Origin: an uncultured Bacillaceae bacterium
GTDB taxonomy: Bacteria; Bacillota; Bacilli; Bacillales; Cytobacillaceae
NCBI GenBank assembly: GCA_963708895.1
Contig: CAVPUE010000010.1
Span: forward strand, 33,651-97,650
DNA: 64,000 nucleotides
Reading direction: 5' to 3'
Position numbers and translations under genes: made by a program. The notes under the pieces are model-generated. The model was given only the letters and a program-made list of their open reading frames with translations, had not been told where the DNA came from and did not search any database. How positions within the stretch are numbered: the stretch's first letter is position 1; every line of letters begins with the position of its first letter. This document shows, one piece after another, positions 20,687 to 31,860 of the stretch.

Positions 20687-21683
20687 TTATTCAATAAATT
20701 CAGCAATATCGTTCCATTCATCTTTTAATTCAATATTCATTTCTTCTGCTGCCTTCTTATTGATAACTAACTTTAAATTTTGTGGATATTGAGCAGGTAT
20801 TTCAGATGGTTGTTTTTCACCTTTTAAAATTTGAGCAGCCATAACTACCCGCTTCATAGCCAATATCTTCATAGCTAAATCCATATGCTGCAAAACCACC
20901 ACGATCGACTGAATCTAATTCACCAACGAATAGTGGTATATCTTTTTCGTTTGCAACTTGGACAACAGACTCTAAAGCAGACACAACTGTATTATCTGTA
21001 ACGATAAAAATGACATCCGCTTTGCCTACAAGGGATTCTGTAGCTTGTTTTACTTCTGCAGATGTAGCAACCGTTGATTCAACAGGTGCATTCATCCCTA
21101 ATCCTTTAGCAGCTTCTCTCATGATTTCAACCTGCACAACTGAGTTTGGCTCACCAGCACTATAAACCGTACCGATTGTTGCATCTGGGAAATTTTCATG
21201 AATGAATTTAACGGTATTTGGAATTGCATCAGGATGCATATCAGCTGTTCCTGTTACATTACCACCAGGCTTTTCCATTGATTGAACCAGTTGTGCTACC
21301 ACTGGATCTGTAACGGAAGTAAAGATAATTGGAATGTCTTTCGTTGCATTTAGCGCTGCAAGTGCACTTGGAGTTGCGTTAGCAAAAATCAAATCAGCAT
21401 TATCACCAGCTAAGTTAGCTGCTATTGTTTGAACAGTAGTTTGATCTCCATTTGCATTTTGTTCATCATACTCAACTGAAAGACCTTCTTCTTCCAATGC
21501 TTTCTTAAATCCTTCTGTCGCTGAATCTAATGAAGGATGTGTAACAAACTGAGAAATCCCCACTTTATATGATTTTTCGTCAGAACTTCCTGCCTCATCA
21601 CTTTCAGCGTTACTACATGCACTTAGTAACAATGCCCCCGCTAAACCTAATGTTGCTAAACTAAAAGATTTTCTTTTTAACAT
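20687..21683 (-). CDS. ABC substrate-binding lipoprotein (TrpX/CD0873-like), one shift near 20845
   Basis: Lipobox LSAC, HPSLD, NANGDQ, VTGTAD, VTDNTV. The C-terminus continues in ORF 20687..20902. Confidence 0.88.
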
Positions 21684-21761
21684 TTGTTAAATCCCCCTTA
21701 TATAAAAACTCTTTTTCTATATCTATTTTTACTTTTACGCTGTTATGCTTTTGTGTACTAA

Positions 21762-21790
21762 ATTATAATATTAAAATAATAATATTTCAA
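21762..21790 (-). promoter_or_regulatory. SigmaA promoter of the ABC operon
   Basis: TTGAAA-17 nt-TATAAT on the minus strand. Confidence 0.7.
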
Positions 21791-22057
21791 TCTATATTTA
21801 CTTATTTTTAAAAAGATTATTTTGGAAAAAGTTAAAATTCGAATGTTGATACCGTTTATAAAAAATTTTCTATTTTGAATCTATTTCTATAATACATTAA
21901 AATTCAAAAAATACCATTGTTCAGTCTAAATTTCGGTTTCCAATCTGGATTGTTTCACAGAAATGATAGGTATACAATGATAATGGTATTGGGTAAAGAC
22001 GGCTACACTACATAAGAATGAGCCTTAAATAGTAGATTTTAATATGGAGGTAATAGG

Positions 22058-23155
22058 ATGCAACAGAGAACGACCCATTTTTCACAGTGGATGAAAGAAA
22101 ACGGAGTAGACGTATCTATCATTACATCTACAGAAAATGTTTTTTATTTAAGCGGTTTTTATAGCGACCCACATGAAAGATTACTTAGCCTCGTTTTATT
22201 TCAAGAGGAAGAACCTTTTCTTGTATGCCCTGCCATGGAAAAGGAAGACGCCAAAAGATCGGGATGGAATTATGAGATTATTGGCTATAACGATATTGAA
22301 AACCCTTGGGAGCTTGTTGAAAAAGCCATTAAAGCTAGAATTCAAAACGTCTCAAAAGTTTCCGTAGAAAAAGAACATATGAATGTAGAGCGTTTCGAAG
22401 CAGTGTCCTCGATGTTTCCTAAGGCAGTGTTCTCTTCAGCAGAGGATAAATTGCGGAAATTACGGATGATTAAAGATGCACAAGAAATTTCACTCATTCG
22501 TGAAGCATGTAAACTGGCAGATTATGCAATTGAAGTGGGATGTGCCGAAATAAAAGAAGGTAAGACAGAACTAGAAATTGTTGCTGCGATTGAATACGAA
22601 CTAAAGAAAAAAGGCATTACAGACATGTCTTTTGCAACAATGGTATTAACCGGGGCAAACGGTGCATCTCCACATGGAACTCCCGGGCAAACAAAAATTC
22701 AAAAAGGAGATTTCGTTCTTTTTGACCTAGGTGTGATTGTAGATGGCTATTGTTCAGACATCACAAGAACCGTTGCCTACGGCGAAATTAATGACAAACA
22801 GAAAGAAATCTATGATACCGTTTTGAAAGCACAATTAGCAGCCATCGAGGCAAGTAAACCTGAAGTCACATGCGCAAATGTCGATCTTACCGCTCGAAAA
22901 ATCATTACGGATGCTGGATATGGCGAGTATTTCCCACACCGTCTTGGACATGGATTAGGTATAGGCGTTCATGAATATCCATCCTTAACGGAAACAAACG
23001 ATTTACAATTAGAAGCGGGGATGGTTTATACGATTGAACCGGGAATTTATGTACCCAATGTTGCAGGTGTACGAATTGAAGATGATATCCTTGTAACGAA
23101 AAACGGGGTTGAAATTCTAACGAAATTCCCGAAAGAATTACAGTTTATTAAATAA
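22058..23155 (+). CDS. pepQ: Xaa-Pro dipeptidase (M24B)
   Basis: FDLG, YCSDITRT, HGLGIGVHE, TIEPGIY, VRIEDD metal ligands. Confidence 0.92.
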   Translation: MQQRTTHFSQWMKENGVDVSIITSTENVFYLSGFYSDPHERLLSLVLFQEEEPFLVCPAMEKEDAKRSGWNYEIIGYNDIENPWELVEKAIKARIQNVSKVSVEKEHMNVERFEAVSSMFPKAVFSSAEDKLRKLRMIKDAQEISLIREACKLADYAIEVGCAEIKEGKTELEIVAAIEYELKKKGITDMSFATMVLTGANGASPHGTPGQTKIQKGDFVLFDLGVIVDGYCSDITRTVAYGEINDKQKEIYDTVLKAQLAAIEASKPEVTCANVDLTARKIITDAGYGEYFPHRLGHGLGIGVHEYPSLTETNDLQLEAGMVYTIEPGIYVPNVAGVRIEDDILVTKNGVEILTKFPKELQFIK

Positions 23156-23159
23156 AAAA

Positions 23160-23213
23160 GTGTCAGTCACACAAATGGACAAATTGTAGAAATTGTCTTT
23201 TTGATGCTGGCAC
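23160..23213. repeat. GTGTCAG-ended hairpin element (family B)
   Basis: GTGTCAG...CTGGCAC ends with an inner GACAA/TTGTC stem, directly after the pepQ stop. Confidence 0.5.
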
Positions 23214-23319
23214 TTATCACTTTCCTCACATTTTTACTCTTTATTTATTTTCTAAATTTTTTCACAAATACACTCGAAAAATGTTGTATAATAAAGATAT
23301 AAAAAAGGAGGGGATTGTA

Positions 23320-23769
23320 ATGGCACTATCCTATAAAAAAATCCTTGTTGCTGTCGACGGTTCTAAAGAAGCAGAATGGGCCTTTAGAAAAGCAATCGAA
23401 GTAGCAAAAAGAAATAATTCTAAAATGGTGATTGCCCATATCATTGACACACGTACTTTTGCAACGGTAGAAGCATATGATCGTACAATTGCGGAAAGAG
23501 CAGAATTATTCGCTAAAGAATTAATGGAGAATTATAAGAAAGAAGCAAACGATGCAGGTGTAGCAGATGTTAATTATGTGATCGATTATGGTTCTCCAAA
23601 AATTAAAATTCCGAAAGATATTGCTAAAAAGTATGAAATTGACTTAATTATGTGTGGTGCAACAGGTTTAAACGCGGTTGAGCGTTTCTTAATTGGAAGT
23701 GTTTCAGAGCATATTACCCGCCACGCACGTTGTGATGTGTTAGTTGTACGTAGTGAAGATACTGAGTAA
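23320..23769 (+). CDS. Universal stress protein
   Basis: KKILVAVDGS...GATGLNAVERFLIGSVSEHITRHARCDVLVV. Confidence 0.95.
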   Translation: MALSYKKILVAVDGSKEAEWAFRKAIEVAKRNNSKMVIAHIIDTRTFATVEAYDRTIAERAELFAKELMENYKKEANDAGVADVNYVIDYGSPKIKIPKDIAKKYEIDLIMCGATGLNAVERFLIGSVSEHITRHARCDVLVVRSEDTE

Positions 23770-23783
23770 CTGAAATGAATCAT

Positions 23784-23816
23784 AAAAAAACCACGTTCTA
23801 AGAACGTGGTTTTTTT
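23784..23816. terminator. Bidirectional terminator usp/argH
   Basis: AAAAAAACCACGTTC-TAA-GAACGTGGTTTTTTT. Confidence 0.9.
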
Positions 23817-23829
23817 ATTGTTTTGGTTT

Positions 23830-25200
23830 CTATAGACACTTTTTACCTTTATCTATAGCTATTTTAATTTGCTCAAAGCCTGTCCCACCGGCGCTGTTTC
23901 GACGAGCAACGGCCGTTTTAGGTTCTAAAACTTGATAAATATCATCTTCAAATAATTCGCTAGACTCTTTAAAGTCATCCATTGTCAAGTCACTCAAATA
24001 GCATTTCTTTTGGACACATAGAAGAACAAGCTTGCCAACAACCTCATGGGCTTCTCTAAACGGCATCCCTTTGTTCGATAGATAATCCGCTAATTCAGTT
24101 GCATTCGAAAAATCTTGCTTAGTAGCTGTTTCCATCACACCACTATTAACCTTCATCGTGTTAATCATACCAGCAAATATTTTTAATGAGCCTGAAATCG
24201 TTTTAACGCTATCAAAGAGACCTTCTTTATCTTCTTGCATGTCTTTATTATACGCAAGCGGTAAACCTTTTAAAACGGTTAATAATCCGATTAAATTGCC
24301 ATATACTCGTCCTGTCTTTCCACGAATAAGCTCAGCCATATCTGGATTTTTCTTTTGTGGCATAATACTGCTTCCTGTTGAGAAACTATCGTCTAGTTCA
24401 ATAAAACGGAATTCTTGACTAGACCAAAGAATAATTTCCTCACTTAAACGCGAAAGATGCATCATTAGGATCGAACTATTGGAATGAAATTCAAGGATAA
24501 AATCACGATCACTTACTGCATCCAAGCTGTTTTCATAAATACCATCAAAACCAAGTAATTCCGCACTGTATTCACGATCAATCGGAAAAGTCGTTCCAGC
24601 AAGTGCTCCTGCACCAAGTGGAGAGATGTTAATTCTTTTCAGACTTTCCGTATAACGTTGTTTATCCCGTTCTAACATCCAAAAATAAGCCATTAAATGA
24701 TGAGCAAACGAAATAGGTTGCGCTCTTTGTAAATGCGTATAACCAGGCATCAGTGTTTCGATATGGGCTTCTGCCTTTTCGATTAAGGCTTGTTGAAGCT
24801 CCGCTACTAAATCAATCACCATTTTCACTTGGTCTCTTAAGTATAAATGAATATCTGTAGCGACTTGATCGTTACGACTTCTACCTGTATGAAGCTTTCC
24901 ACCAACAGGTCCAATCAAATCTGTCAGCTTACTCTCGAGATTTAAGTGAATGTCCTCAAGAGCAACGGAGAATTCCAACTCATCGTTAGAGGCTTGAACC
25001 TTTAACGTTTCTAGCCCCTTTTTGATTTGTTCTGCTTCTTCAGCAGTCAAAATACCAGTTTTGGCAAGCATCGTCACATGGGCGATGCTGCCAGTTATAT
25101 CTTCCATTACTAATTCTTGGTCGAAGGAAATGGAGGCACCAAATTCATCAACCCATTCTTCTGCTGATTTGGTAAACCTTCCGCCCCAAAGTTTTTTCAC
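23830..25200 (-). CDS. argH: Argininosuccinate lyase
   Basis: GTG start overlapping the argG stop; [28 protein letters not shown]. Confidence 0.97.
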   Translation of the reverse strand: MKKLWGGRFTKSAEEWVDEFGASISFDQELVMEDITGSIAHVTMLAKTGILTAEEAEQIKKGLETLKVQASNDELEFSVALEDIHLNLESKLTDLIGPVGGKLHTGRSRNDQVATDIHLYLRDQVKMVIDLVAELQQALIEKAEAHIETLMPGYTHLQRAQPISFAHHLMAYFWMLERDKQRYTESLKRINISPLGAGALAGTTFPIDREYSAELLGFDGIYENSLDAVSDRDFILEFHSNSSILMMHLSRLSEEIILWSSQEFRFIELDDSFSTGSSIMPQKKNPDMAELIRGKTGRVYGNLIGLLTVLKGLPLAYNKDMQEDKEGLFDSVKTISGSLKIFAGMINTMKVNSGVMETATKQDFSNATELADYLSNKGMPFREAHEVVGKLVLLCVQKKCYLSDLTMDDFKESSELFEDDIYQVLEPKTAVARRNSAGGTGFEQIKIAIDKGKKCL

Positions 25201-26405
25201 ACTTCCACCTTCTTGTTTGTTTGCACAATACTTTGCACTTTTGTTGGTAGACCCCAAAGTTTGATAAATCCTACTGCTGCTGCATGGTCAAATTCATCAT
25301 CTGAAGTATAAGTAGCTAAATTCTCATCGTATAATGAGTACTCTGATTTTCTTCCTTCTACGATCGCATGACCTTTGAAAAGTTTAACCCTTACTGTACC
25401 TGTTACAAATTTTTGTGTTTCTTCTAAAAACGCTTTTAAAGCTGTTGTTAGAGGTGAGAACCAAAGACCTTCATAAATAATTTCAGTTAATTTTTTCTCA
25501 ATCACTGGTTTGAAGTGTGCCACTTCTTTAACAAGTGTTAAATCTTCTAATTCTTTATGAGCTGTAATTAATGTCATTGCTGCTGGACATTCATATACTT
25601 CCCTTGATTTAATTCCCACTAAACGATTTTCAACATGGTCAATTCTTCCAATCCCATGTTTTCCAGCAAGAACATTTAATTCTTGAATTAAATTTGCTAA
25701 TGTATATGATTGCCCATTTAATGATACAGGTACACCTTTTTCGAAACGAATTTCTACAATATCTGCAACATCTGGAGTATCTTCAAGTTCTGCTGTTAAC
25801 TCATATGCATCTTTAGGTGGCGTTGCCCATGGGTCTTCTAGGATTCCACATTCATTTGCTCTTCCCCATAAGTTTTGGTCAATTGAATATGGGCTGTCTA
25901 AATTAATTGGAATCGGAATGTTCTTTTGTTTTGCGTATTCAATTTCTTCTTCCCTTGACCATCCCCACTCACGTACTGGAGCCAAAACTTGTAAATCTGG
26001 ATTAAGTGCTGCAATGGAAACTTCAAAACGAACTTGGTCATTTCCTTTTCCCGTACAACCGTGTGCAATCGCAACTGCTCCAACTTCTTCAGCCACTTCC
26101 ACTAATTTCTTTGAAATTAACGGTCTTGATAGTGCAGAAACAAGTGGATATTTTCCTTCATATAATGTATGAGCTTGTAATGAAACTAAAGCAAAATCCT
26201 TTGCAAACTCTTCTTTCGCATCAATCACATATGATTGAACAGCTCCCACCGTTAGAGCTTTTTCTTTAATAAAATCTAAATCTTTACCTTCCCCTACATC
26301 TAAACAACATGCTACAACATCATAGCCTTGATCCTTTATCCAATTTATAGCTACTGAAGTATCTAAACCACCAGAATATGCTAGAACTACTTTTGGGTTT
26401 GACAT
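25197..26405 (-). CDS. argG: Argininosuccinate synthase
   Basis: [34 protein letters not shown]. Confidence 0.98.
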   Translation of the reverse strand: MSNPKVVLAYSGGLDTSVAINWIKDQGYDVVACCLDVGEGKDLDFIKEKALTVGAVQSYVIDAKEEFAKDFALVSLQAHTLYEGKYPLVSALSRPLISKKLVEVAEEVGAVAIAHGCTGKGNDQVRFEVSIAALNPDLQVLAPVREWGWSREEEIEYAKQKNIPIPINLDSPYSIDQNLWGRANECGILEDPWATPPKDAYELTAELEDTPDVADIVEIRFEKGVPVSLNGQSYTLANLIQELNVLAGKHGIGRIDHVENRLVGIKSREVYECPAAMTLITAHKELEDLTLVKEVAHFKPVIEKKLTEIIYEGLWFSPLTTALKAFLEETQKFVTGTVRVKLFKGHAIVEGRKSEYSLYDENLATYTSDDEFDHAAAVGFIKLWGLPTKVQSIVQTNKKVEV

Positions 26406-26430
26406 TATATTTCCTCCTCTATATGGTTAA

Positions 26431-26507
26431 CGAATATTTATACATCTCTTTATATTTTTATTCATCTCTATGAAATACACTTTAACAACTTTTTTAATAA
26501 AATTCAA
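26431..26507 (-). promoter_or_regulatory. argG sigmaA promoter with two tandem ARG boxes (AhrC/ArgR operator)
   Basis: TTGAAT-17 nt-TAAAGT (26507-26479), followed by ATGAATAAAAATATAA (26465-26450) and ATGTATAAATATTCG (26445-26431). Confidence 0.75.
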
Positions 26508-26742
26508 GTAAAAAAATTTATTTTTTTAAAAAAAGGACTGTTAAACATTAGTTTGAAATAATAGTCCCTATTCATACACGTTTTCATGCGAAAAAATAAT
26601 CCTTATCACTGCCATTGAACGCGCTTATTATCAATATTCAACAATACCTAGTCTATATAAAAATATTCACCCTCATCTAAATATGAGCTTGTATAATAGA
26701 AGAACTTAGAATTGTGTAGTAAAATGGGAAAATAGAGGCAAT

Positions 26743-27072
26743 ATGGAGGGGAATTCGTTGGAAGAATATTTTTATTATCATGACCGTTTGGGGATTCATA
26801 TTCCAATCATCCATGAAGATTGGGATTCTTTATCGGAAGACATTCGTCAATCCATTTTACTGCGGTGGGAGACTGTTCGTGGGCTGATCCCTGATCGGAT
26901 TATTAGTCTGGAAAAAATCATCAATACGAAACAGGCACAGCTATCAAATGAAACCAATTTCGAACTCTCCTGTCAATTAAATCATGACATTGCTGACCTT
27001 GCATCCATTATTAACGAACTATGGCTTTGGTTTCGCACCGACCAAACCATTTCAGAAAAGATGCATCAATAA
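26743..27072 (+). CDS. Conserved hypothetical protein, 109 aa, helical
   Basis: RBS-like GAGG/GGAGG upstream; amphipathic coiled-coil pattern; followed by a terminator-like inverted repeat at about 27098-27134. Confidence 0.75.
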   Translation: MEGNSLEEYFYYHDRLGIHIPIIHEDWDSLSEDIRQSILLRWETVRGLIPDRIISLEKIINTKQAQLSNETNFELSCQLNHDIADLASIINELWLWFRTDQTISEKMHQ

Positions 27073-27122
27073 TGCATAATTTCTCAAACCATGAATGAAA
27101 AAGAGTAACTTTAAAATACAAG

Positions 27123-27644
27123 TTACTCTTTTTTAAGGTCTTTTTGAAGTTCTTTCACAACATGACCGATTTCAGGCAGAATTAATTTATTCATAGCGAG
27201 TTTAACTGCCCCTGAAGAACCTGGTGTAGAAAAAACCGCTTTATGTCCAATCACTCCAGCTACAGCACGAGAAAGAATTGCCGATGAACCAATATCTTCT
27301 GTATAGCTTAACATTCTAAACAATTCGCCAAATCCATCAATTTCCTTATCAAATAAACTCTTGACTGTTTCAATTGTGACATCCCTAAGTGCAATACCTG
27401 TTCCACCATTTGTTAAAATAACATCAATTTCAGGATTTTGACATCCTTTAAGCACCGCTTCTCTAATAGGCTCTTTTTCATCTTTAACGATTGTATAATC
27501 GACGATAACATGACCGGCATTTTCGAGAAGCTCGATCATTAATTTTCCACTTTTATCACTGTCTTTATCTCTTGTATCAGATACCGTAATCACTTTACAA
27601 TGAACCGTTTTCAACGCTGTCTTTTTATGCTCCTGTAAACTCAT
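27123..27644 (-). CDS. moaB: Molybdenum cofactor biosynthesis protein MoaB/Mog
   Basis: ITVSDTR, TNGGTGIA.RDVTIE, STPGSSGAV. Confidence 0.93.
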   Translation of the reverse strand: MSLQEHKKTALKTVHCKVITVSDTRDKDSDKSGKLMIELLENAGHVIVDYTIVKDEKEPIREAVLKGCQNPEIDVILTNGGTGIALRDVTIETVKSLFDKEIDGFGELFRMLSYTEDIGSSAILSRAVAGVIGHKAVFSTPGSSGAVKLAMNKLILPEIGHVVKELQKDLKKE

Positions 27645-28483
27645 TGAATCGTACCCTCTTTCTCGATCAAGTACCTCATTTGATAATATTTGTGAGCAAA
27701 GTCAGTTACTTTTTTTGTACTATGATAATTTGCTCCTGCTCCAAGTGCCATGCTTATAAACGGAATTCCTTGAATCACTTTTTTCCTTAACAAGACAATT
27801 GCCATACCCTTTAGCGCTTGTTTTAATAGTTGATCAATCCAAGTAATATTGGCTAAATCTTCATTTCCCTCATAAAAATAACGATTATTTTCCTGACTGA
27901 AATCATTCATCAAATCTTCCCATCCAGCACTTTGAAAACGCAATGGGTGAATTGACGCATTAAATACTTTTAAAGCAGTCATTACTTCATAAGGAGTATT
28001 TACTTCAACACCGTACGTCATCGCAATTAATTGAACAGCCCTTAAATTAATGACTGCCATCCCTGGGATATCCGCTCCTACTAAAAGAGCCCCTCCTGTA
28101 CCTGAGATTCCTCCCTGTGCTAAGGAATAGATCCGATGTCTAGAAATGTGCTGTCCTGCTATGTATTGTAGTTGATCAATCGAAAGCTGTTTCATGTCTT
28201 CAATCGTATCAATCTGTTCTTGAAAAACTCTCCCGTTCGTCATAATTCTTTCTTTGGCATCGATTTGCATTTCTGACCCTTGAATAAACGAATGAAGATG
28301 AAACAACCAATTATCAAGATTTAAAAAAATCTGTTCTCTCACTTTTTCAGGTAATAGTTGAAATGATTGATCGATATATTTATCATAAAGCCGTTGGAAA
28401 TCATTCACTTCGTACTCATACATTCTTTTTTCCCATTCACGGATTTCTTGTAAGACTTCCTGGTCCCGCATCTGTAAAGTCAT
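27641..28483 (-). CDS. EcsC family protein
   Basis: ATG after AGGAGG; GGISGTGG...DIPGMAVINLRAVQLIAMTYG motif. Confidence 0.85.
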   Translation of the reverse strand: MTLQMRDQEVLQEIREWEKRMYEYEVNDFQRLYDKYIDQSFQLLPEKVREQIFLNLDNWLFHLHSFIQGSEMQIDAKERIMTNGRVFQEQIDTIEDMKQLSIDQLQYIAGQHISRHRIYSLAQGGISGTGGALLVGADIPGMAVINLRAVQLIAMTYGVEVNTPYEVMTALKVFNASIHPLRFQSAGWEDLMNDFSQENNRYFYEGNEDLANITWIDQLLKQALKGMAIVLLRKKVIQGIPFISMALGAGANYHSTKKVTDFAHKYYQMRYLIEKEGTIQ

Positions 28484-28601
28484 ACTCATCCTCCTATTAT
28501 CATGATTGAACAACTAAACCACTTTTTGTTATCAGTATAACATATTCTAAATTGAAAAAAGACAAAGGAAGAAGTTAATCCTTTGTCTTTACTATTATTA
28601 A

Positions 28602-29804
28602 TTAGTTTGTAACGCCTTGTTTGCTTAAACGTACTACGTCTCTTGCAATCATAACCTCTTCATCCGTTGGAATTACAAACACTTTTACTGGTGAGTGTGG
28701 GTAGCTGATATAGCGTTCGTCACCACGTACTTCATTAAGAGCTGGATCCCAATAAACACCCATAAATTCAAGTCCGTTTAAGACACGAGCACGGATTGTA
28801 TCACTATTTTCACCAATACCTGCTGTGAAAATAATCGCGTCCACTCCATACATACGGGCTGCATAAGAACCAATATACTTATGGATATGGCTAGCAAATA
28901 CTGTTAACGCAAGTTCTGCTCTTTCGTTTCCTTCTGCAGCTTGTTCTTCAATATCACGAAGATCACTAGAAAATCCAGAAAGAGCCAACATTCCACTCTT
29001 TTTGTTTAATACGTCTATTACTTCTTCAGCTGTTTTATTTGTTTTTTCCATCATATATGGAATTAAAGCAGGGTCGATATCACCTGAACGTGTACCCATC
29101 GTTAAACCAGCAAGTGGCGTGAATCCCATTGATGTATCAATTGATTTTCCACCTTCAATTGCCGTAATACTAGCACCATTACCAAGGTGACAAGAGATAA
29201 GGCGAAGTGAACTTAACGGTCTGCCAAGCAGTTCTGCTGCACGTTCTGACACATACTTATGTGAAGTTCCGTGGAAACCATATTTACGAATACCAAATTC
29301 TGTATAATACTCACGAGGTAGGCTGTATACATAAGAACTTTTCGGCATTGTTTGATGGAAAGCTGTATCAAAAACAGCAATCGCTGGAACATTTGGTAAT
29401 ACGTTTTTGAACGCTTTAATTCCAGTTAAGTTTGCTGGGTTATGCAATGGTGCAAATTCTGACAATTCTTCAATTTTGTTAAGAACGTCTTCATTAATTA
29501 ACACTGAATCAGCAAATGCTTCTCCACCATGAACCACACGATGACCAACACCTTCAATCTCATCTAATGATTGAATAATACCAAGATCTGTTAATTTACT
29601 TAATAATAATTTAACGGCTACATCATGATTAGGAATATCCGTTGTTTCAGATTGTTTTTCTCCCTTAACGGTAATATTGAAAACAGAATCATCCATACCA
29701 ATTCTTTCAATTAGACCTTTTGTGATGACCTCTTCGTTTGGCATTTCAAATAATTGGAATTTTAATGAAGAACTACCTGCGTTAATTGCAATAATTTTCG
29801 ACAT
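28602..29804 (-). CDS. ackA: Acetate kinase
   Basis: [44 protein letters not shown]. Confidence 0.98.
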   Translation of the reverse strand: MSKIIAINAGSSSLKFQLFEMPNEEVITKGLIERIGMDDSVFNITVKGEKQSETTDIPNHDVAVKLLLSKLTDLGIIQSLDEIEGVGHRVVHGGEAFADSVLINEDVLNKIEELSEFAPLHNPANLTGIKAFKNVLPNVPAIAVFDTAFHQTMPKSSYVYSLPREYYTEFGIRKYGFHGTSHKYVSERAAELLGRPLSSLRLISCHLGNGASITAIEGGKSIDTSMGFTPLAGLTMGTRSGDIDPALIPYMMEKTNKTAEEVIDVLNKKSGMLALSGFSSDLRDIEEQAAEGNERAELALTVFASHIHKYIGSYAARMYGVDAIIFTAGIGENSDTIRARVLNGLEFMGVYWDPALNEVRGDERYISYPHSPVKVFVIPTDEEVMIARDVVRLSKQGVTN

Positions 29805-30047
29805 TTTATAACGCTCCCTTTTTATATAATCTACTCTTTATCATGAAATTAATGAAAGTAAAATTTATGTCTTACTAAACTAGTTTGCCCGAATCTTTTC
29901 ATTAACATCTTCTCAATTTCTCATTTAATCATTGTCTGCTCGGTATTTCAAGGATTTTTGGTAAAATTATCTACTTAAAAAAGAAGAAAATATATTCAAC
30001 AATTTCGGATAAGTCTGACTATCTAAATATACTTCCTCCTTTGTTTA

Positions 30048-30080
30048 GACAATTTTCGCAAACATTACAAAAACAGCTTT
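30048..30080. repeat. Collapsed two-ends-only copy of family A
   Basis: TTTTCGCAAACATTACAAAAACAGC parallels the 44117 copy (TTTTCTCAAACTTTACGAAAATAG). It sits at the ytxK stop. Confidence 0.55.
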
Positions 30081-30083
30081 TGT

Positions 30084-31067
30084 TTATTTATTTTCACTAA
30101 TCCAACGATCAATATTTAGTAATATTTTTTCCACTTCTCTCCCATTGGATAAAGAAGGCATATTGACTAACAATACTTGTTTTGGAGGTTTAACATTTTC
30201 ATGTTTTTTTTGCAGGATTAAAATACTTTTTTGTGTTTGTTTATTTTTAAACATCGTTTCTGGTAATTGAACGATTCCTTGAATATAAACGGTTTCCTTT
30301 AAATATTCATGTAACTCCTTTGATTGTTCACTTTCAAAAAGTCCATTTGGAATCACAAAAAATAAATACCCACCTGACTTTACGTGTTTTATACTTTGTT
30401 CAATAAATAAATGATGTGCGTAACTGTGGCCTTCATCTGCTTTTAATTGATAATCCGCAGCTCTAACATCATTTGGATAATAACCAACAGGTAAATCGCT
30501 GATGACGGCATCAACAGGTTCAATAAAGAGTGGTTCTAAACTATCTTGATTGTAAAACTGGATTGGATGTTCTTGTAAATTCGCATTGATATAGGCTAAT
30601 TTGATTAAAAGATCATCAATTTCAATTCCGATTCCTTCAACACTTTTATCTAATTCTTGATTGATCGCTGCTGTTAATAAATTTCCTGTTCCTACTGCCG
30701 GATCCAATAATCGATATGTATTGTTTTTGATAAACTTCTTTAGTAAGTATCCGATAAACATTCCAATCGTATCTGGAGTCATCTGATGATTGGGCTGAAC
30801 ACTTTCTTTCATTCCTTTTAAAATCGCCAGTTGAAAAGACTTACGAATTTCTTCCTTCGTAAACCTGCTTAAGTTGATACTATCATAGGCTTTTTTTAAC
30901 CTTTTTGCCGATAGTTCACTTAATTCATCCTGTATGACGGCCTCTTGAAAGAGATTCTCACCTGTTTCTGCTAATGCTTCTAAATAACTGCAATTCAATT
31001 CCTCTTGTAATAATGTGGCTGTTTCATTTACAACGGTAAATAATTCTTCAACCGGAGTGGTTTTCAC
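30084..31067 (-). CDS. ytxK: YtxK class I SAM-dependent methyltransferase (N6-adenine MTase-like)
   Basis: LLDPAVGTGNLL motif I, DLPVGYYP, QMTPDTIG; conserved position before ackA. Confidence 0.9.
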   Translation of the reverse strand: MKTTPVEELFTVVNETATLLQEELNCSYLEALAETGENLFQEAVIQDELSELSAKRLKKAYDSINLSRFTKEEIRKSFQLAILKGMKESVQPNHQMTPDTIGMFIGYLLKKFIKNNTYRLLDPAVGTGNLLTAAINQELDKSVEGIGIEIDDLLIKLAYINANLQEHPIQFYNQDSLEPLFIEPVDAVISDLPVGYYPNDVRAADYQLKADEGHSYAHHLFIEQSIKHVKSGGYLFFVIPNGLFESEQSKELHEYLKETVYIQGIVQLPETMFKNKQTQKSILILQKKHENVKPPKQVLLVNMPSLSNGREVEKILLNIDRWISENK

Positions 31068-31184
31068 TGCTATTCCTCCTGCCATTTAATTCTTTACTTA
31101 TTTTAACGATGTTTGTAGAGATGAACAAGATATATGCGGAAAGTTAATATGTAATATAGGGAGAATAAAGGGGGTTATCCTAAT

Positions 31185-31221
31185 AGAAATAGAAAGCGGC
31201 AATGATCCGCTTTCTATTTCT
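31185..31221 (-). terminator. tpx terminator
   Basis: Perfect 15-bp stem AGAAATAGAAAGCGG/CCGCTTTCTATTTCT. Confidence 0.85.
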
Positions 31222-31229
31222 GTTTGTCT

Positions 31230-31730
31230 TTATTTTGCTTGTTTAGCTGCTTCAATTGCTGCTTCATAATTTGGATGGTCTGTTGCTTCACTTACATATT
31301 CTGCATATGTAACAGTATCATTTGAATCTACAACGAAAACGGCACGAGCAAGTAAACGATGTTCTTGTATCGCAATACCATACGCTTCTCCGAAAGAAAG
31401 ATCGCGGTGGTCAGATAGAGTTTGAACTTTATCTACACCTGCAGCTCCGCACCAACGGCCTTGAGCAAATGGAAGGTCAACACTAATTGTTAAAATTTGA
31501 ACATTATCAAATTTTGCAGCTTCTTCGTTGAAACGACGTGTTTGTGCATCACATACGCCTGTATCTAAAGAAGGAACAACGCTAATTAAACGAACGCTTC
31601 CTTTTGAATCTTCTAATGTAACTGGTGATAAATCGTTAGCTAATACAGTAAAATTTGGAGCTTTGTCCCCTACTTTTACTTCATTTCCTAATAATGTTAC
31701 TGGGTTTCCACCGAATGTAATTGATGCCAT
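31230..31730 (-). CDS. tpx: Thiol peroxidase
   Basis: [28 protein letters not shown]. Confidence 0.97.
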   Translation of the reverse strand: MASITFGGNPVTLLGNEVKVGDKAPNFTVLANDLSPVTLEDSKGSVRLISVVPSLDTGVCDAQTRRFNEEAAKFDNVQILTISVDLPFAQGRWCGAAGVDKVQTLSDHRDLSFGEAYGIAIQEHRLLARAVFVVDSNDTVTYAEYVSEATDHPNYEAAIEAAKQAK

Positions 31731-31860
31731 AATTTCATTTCCTCCTTAAACAATATCATTACAGTGTAAACTATATCCTGAAAACCCAATATTTGCAATT
31801 AAAACGCTTATCTATTTACTGATATTTCGACAAATTTACAAGCGTTTTACAAACGAAAAA

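Noticed and set aside
21951-21966. parS-like TGTTTCACAGAAATGA
   Set aside because: The right half does not match TGTTNCACGTGAAACA.
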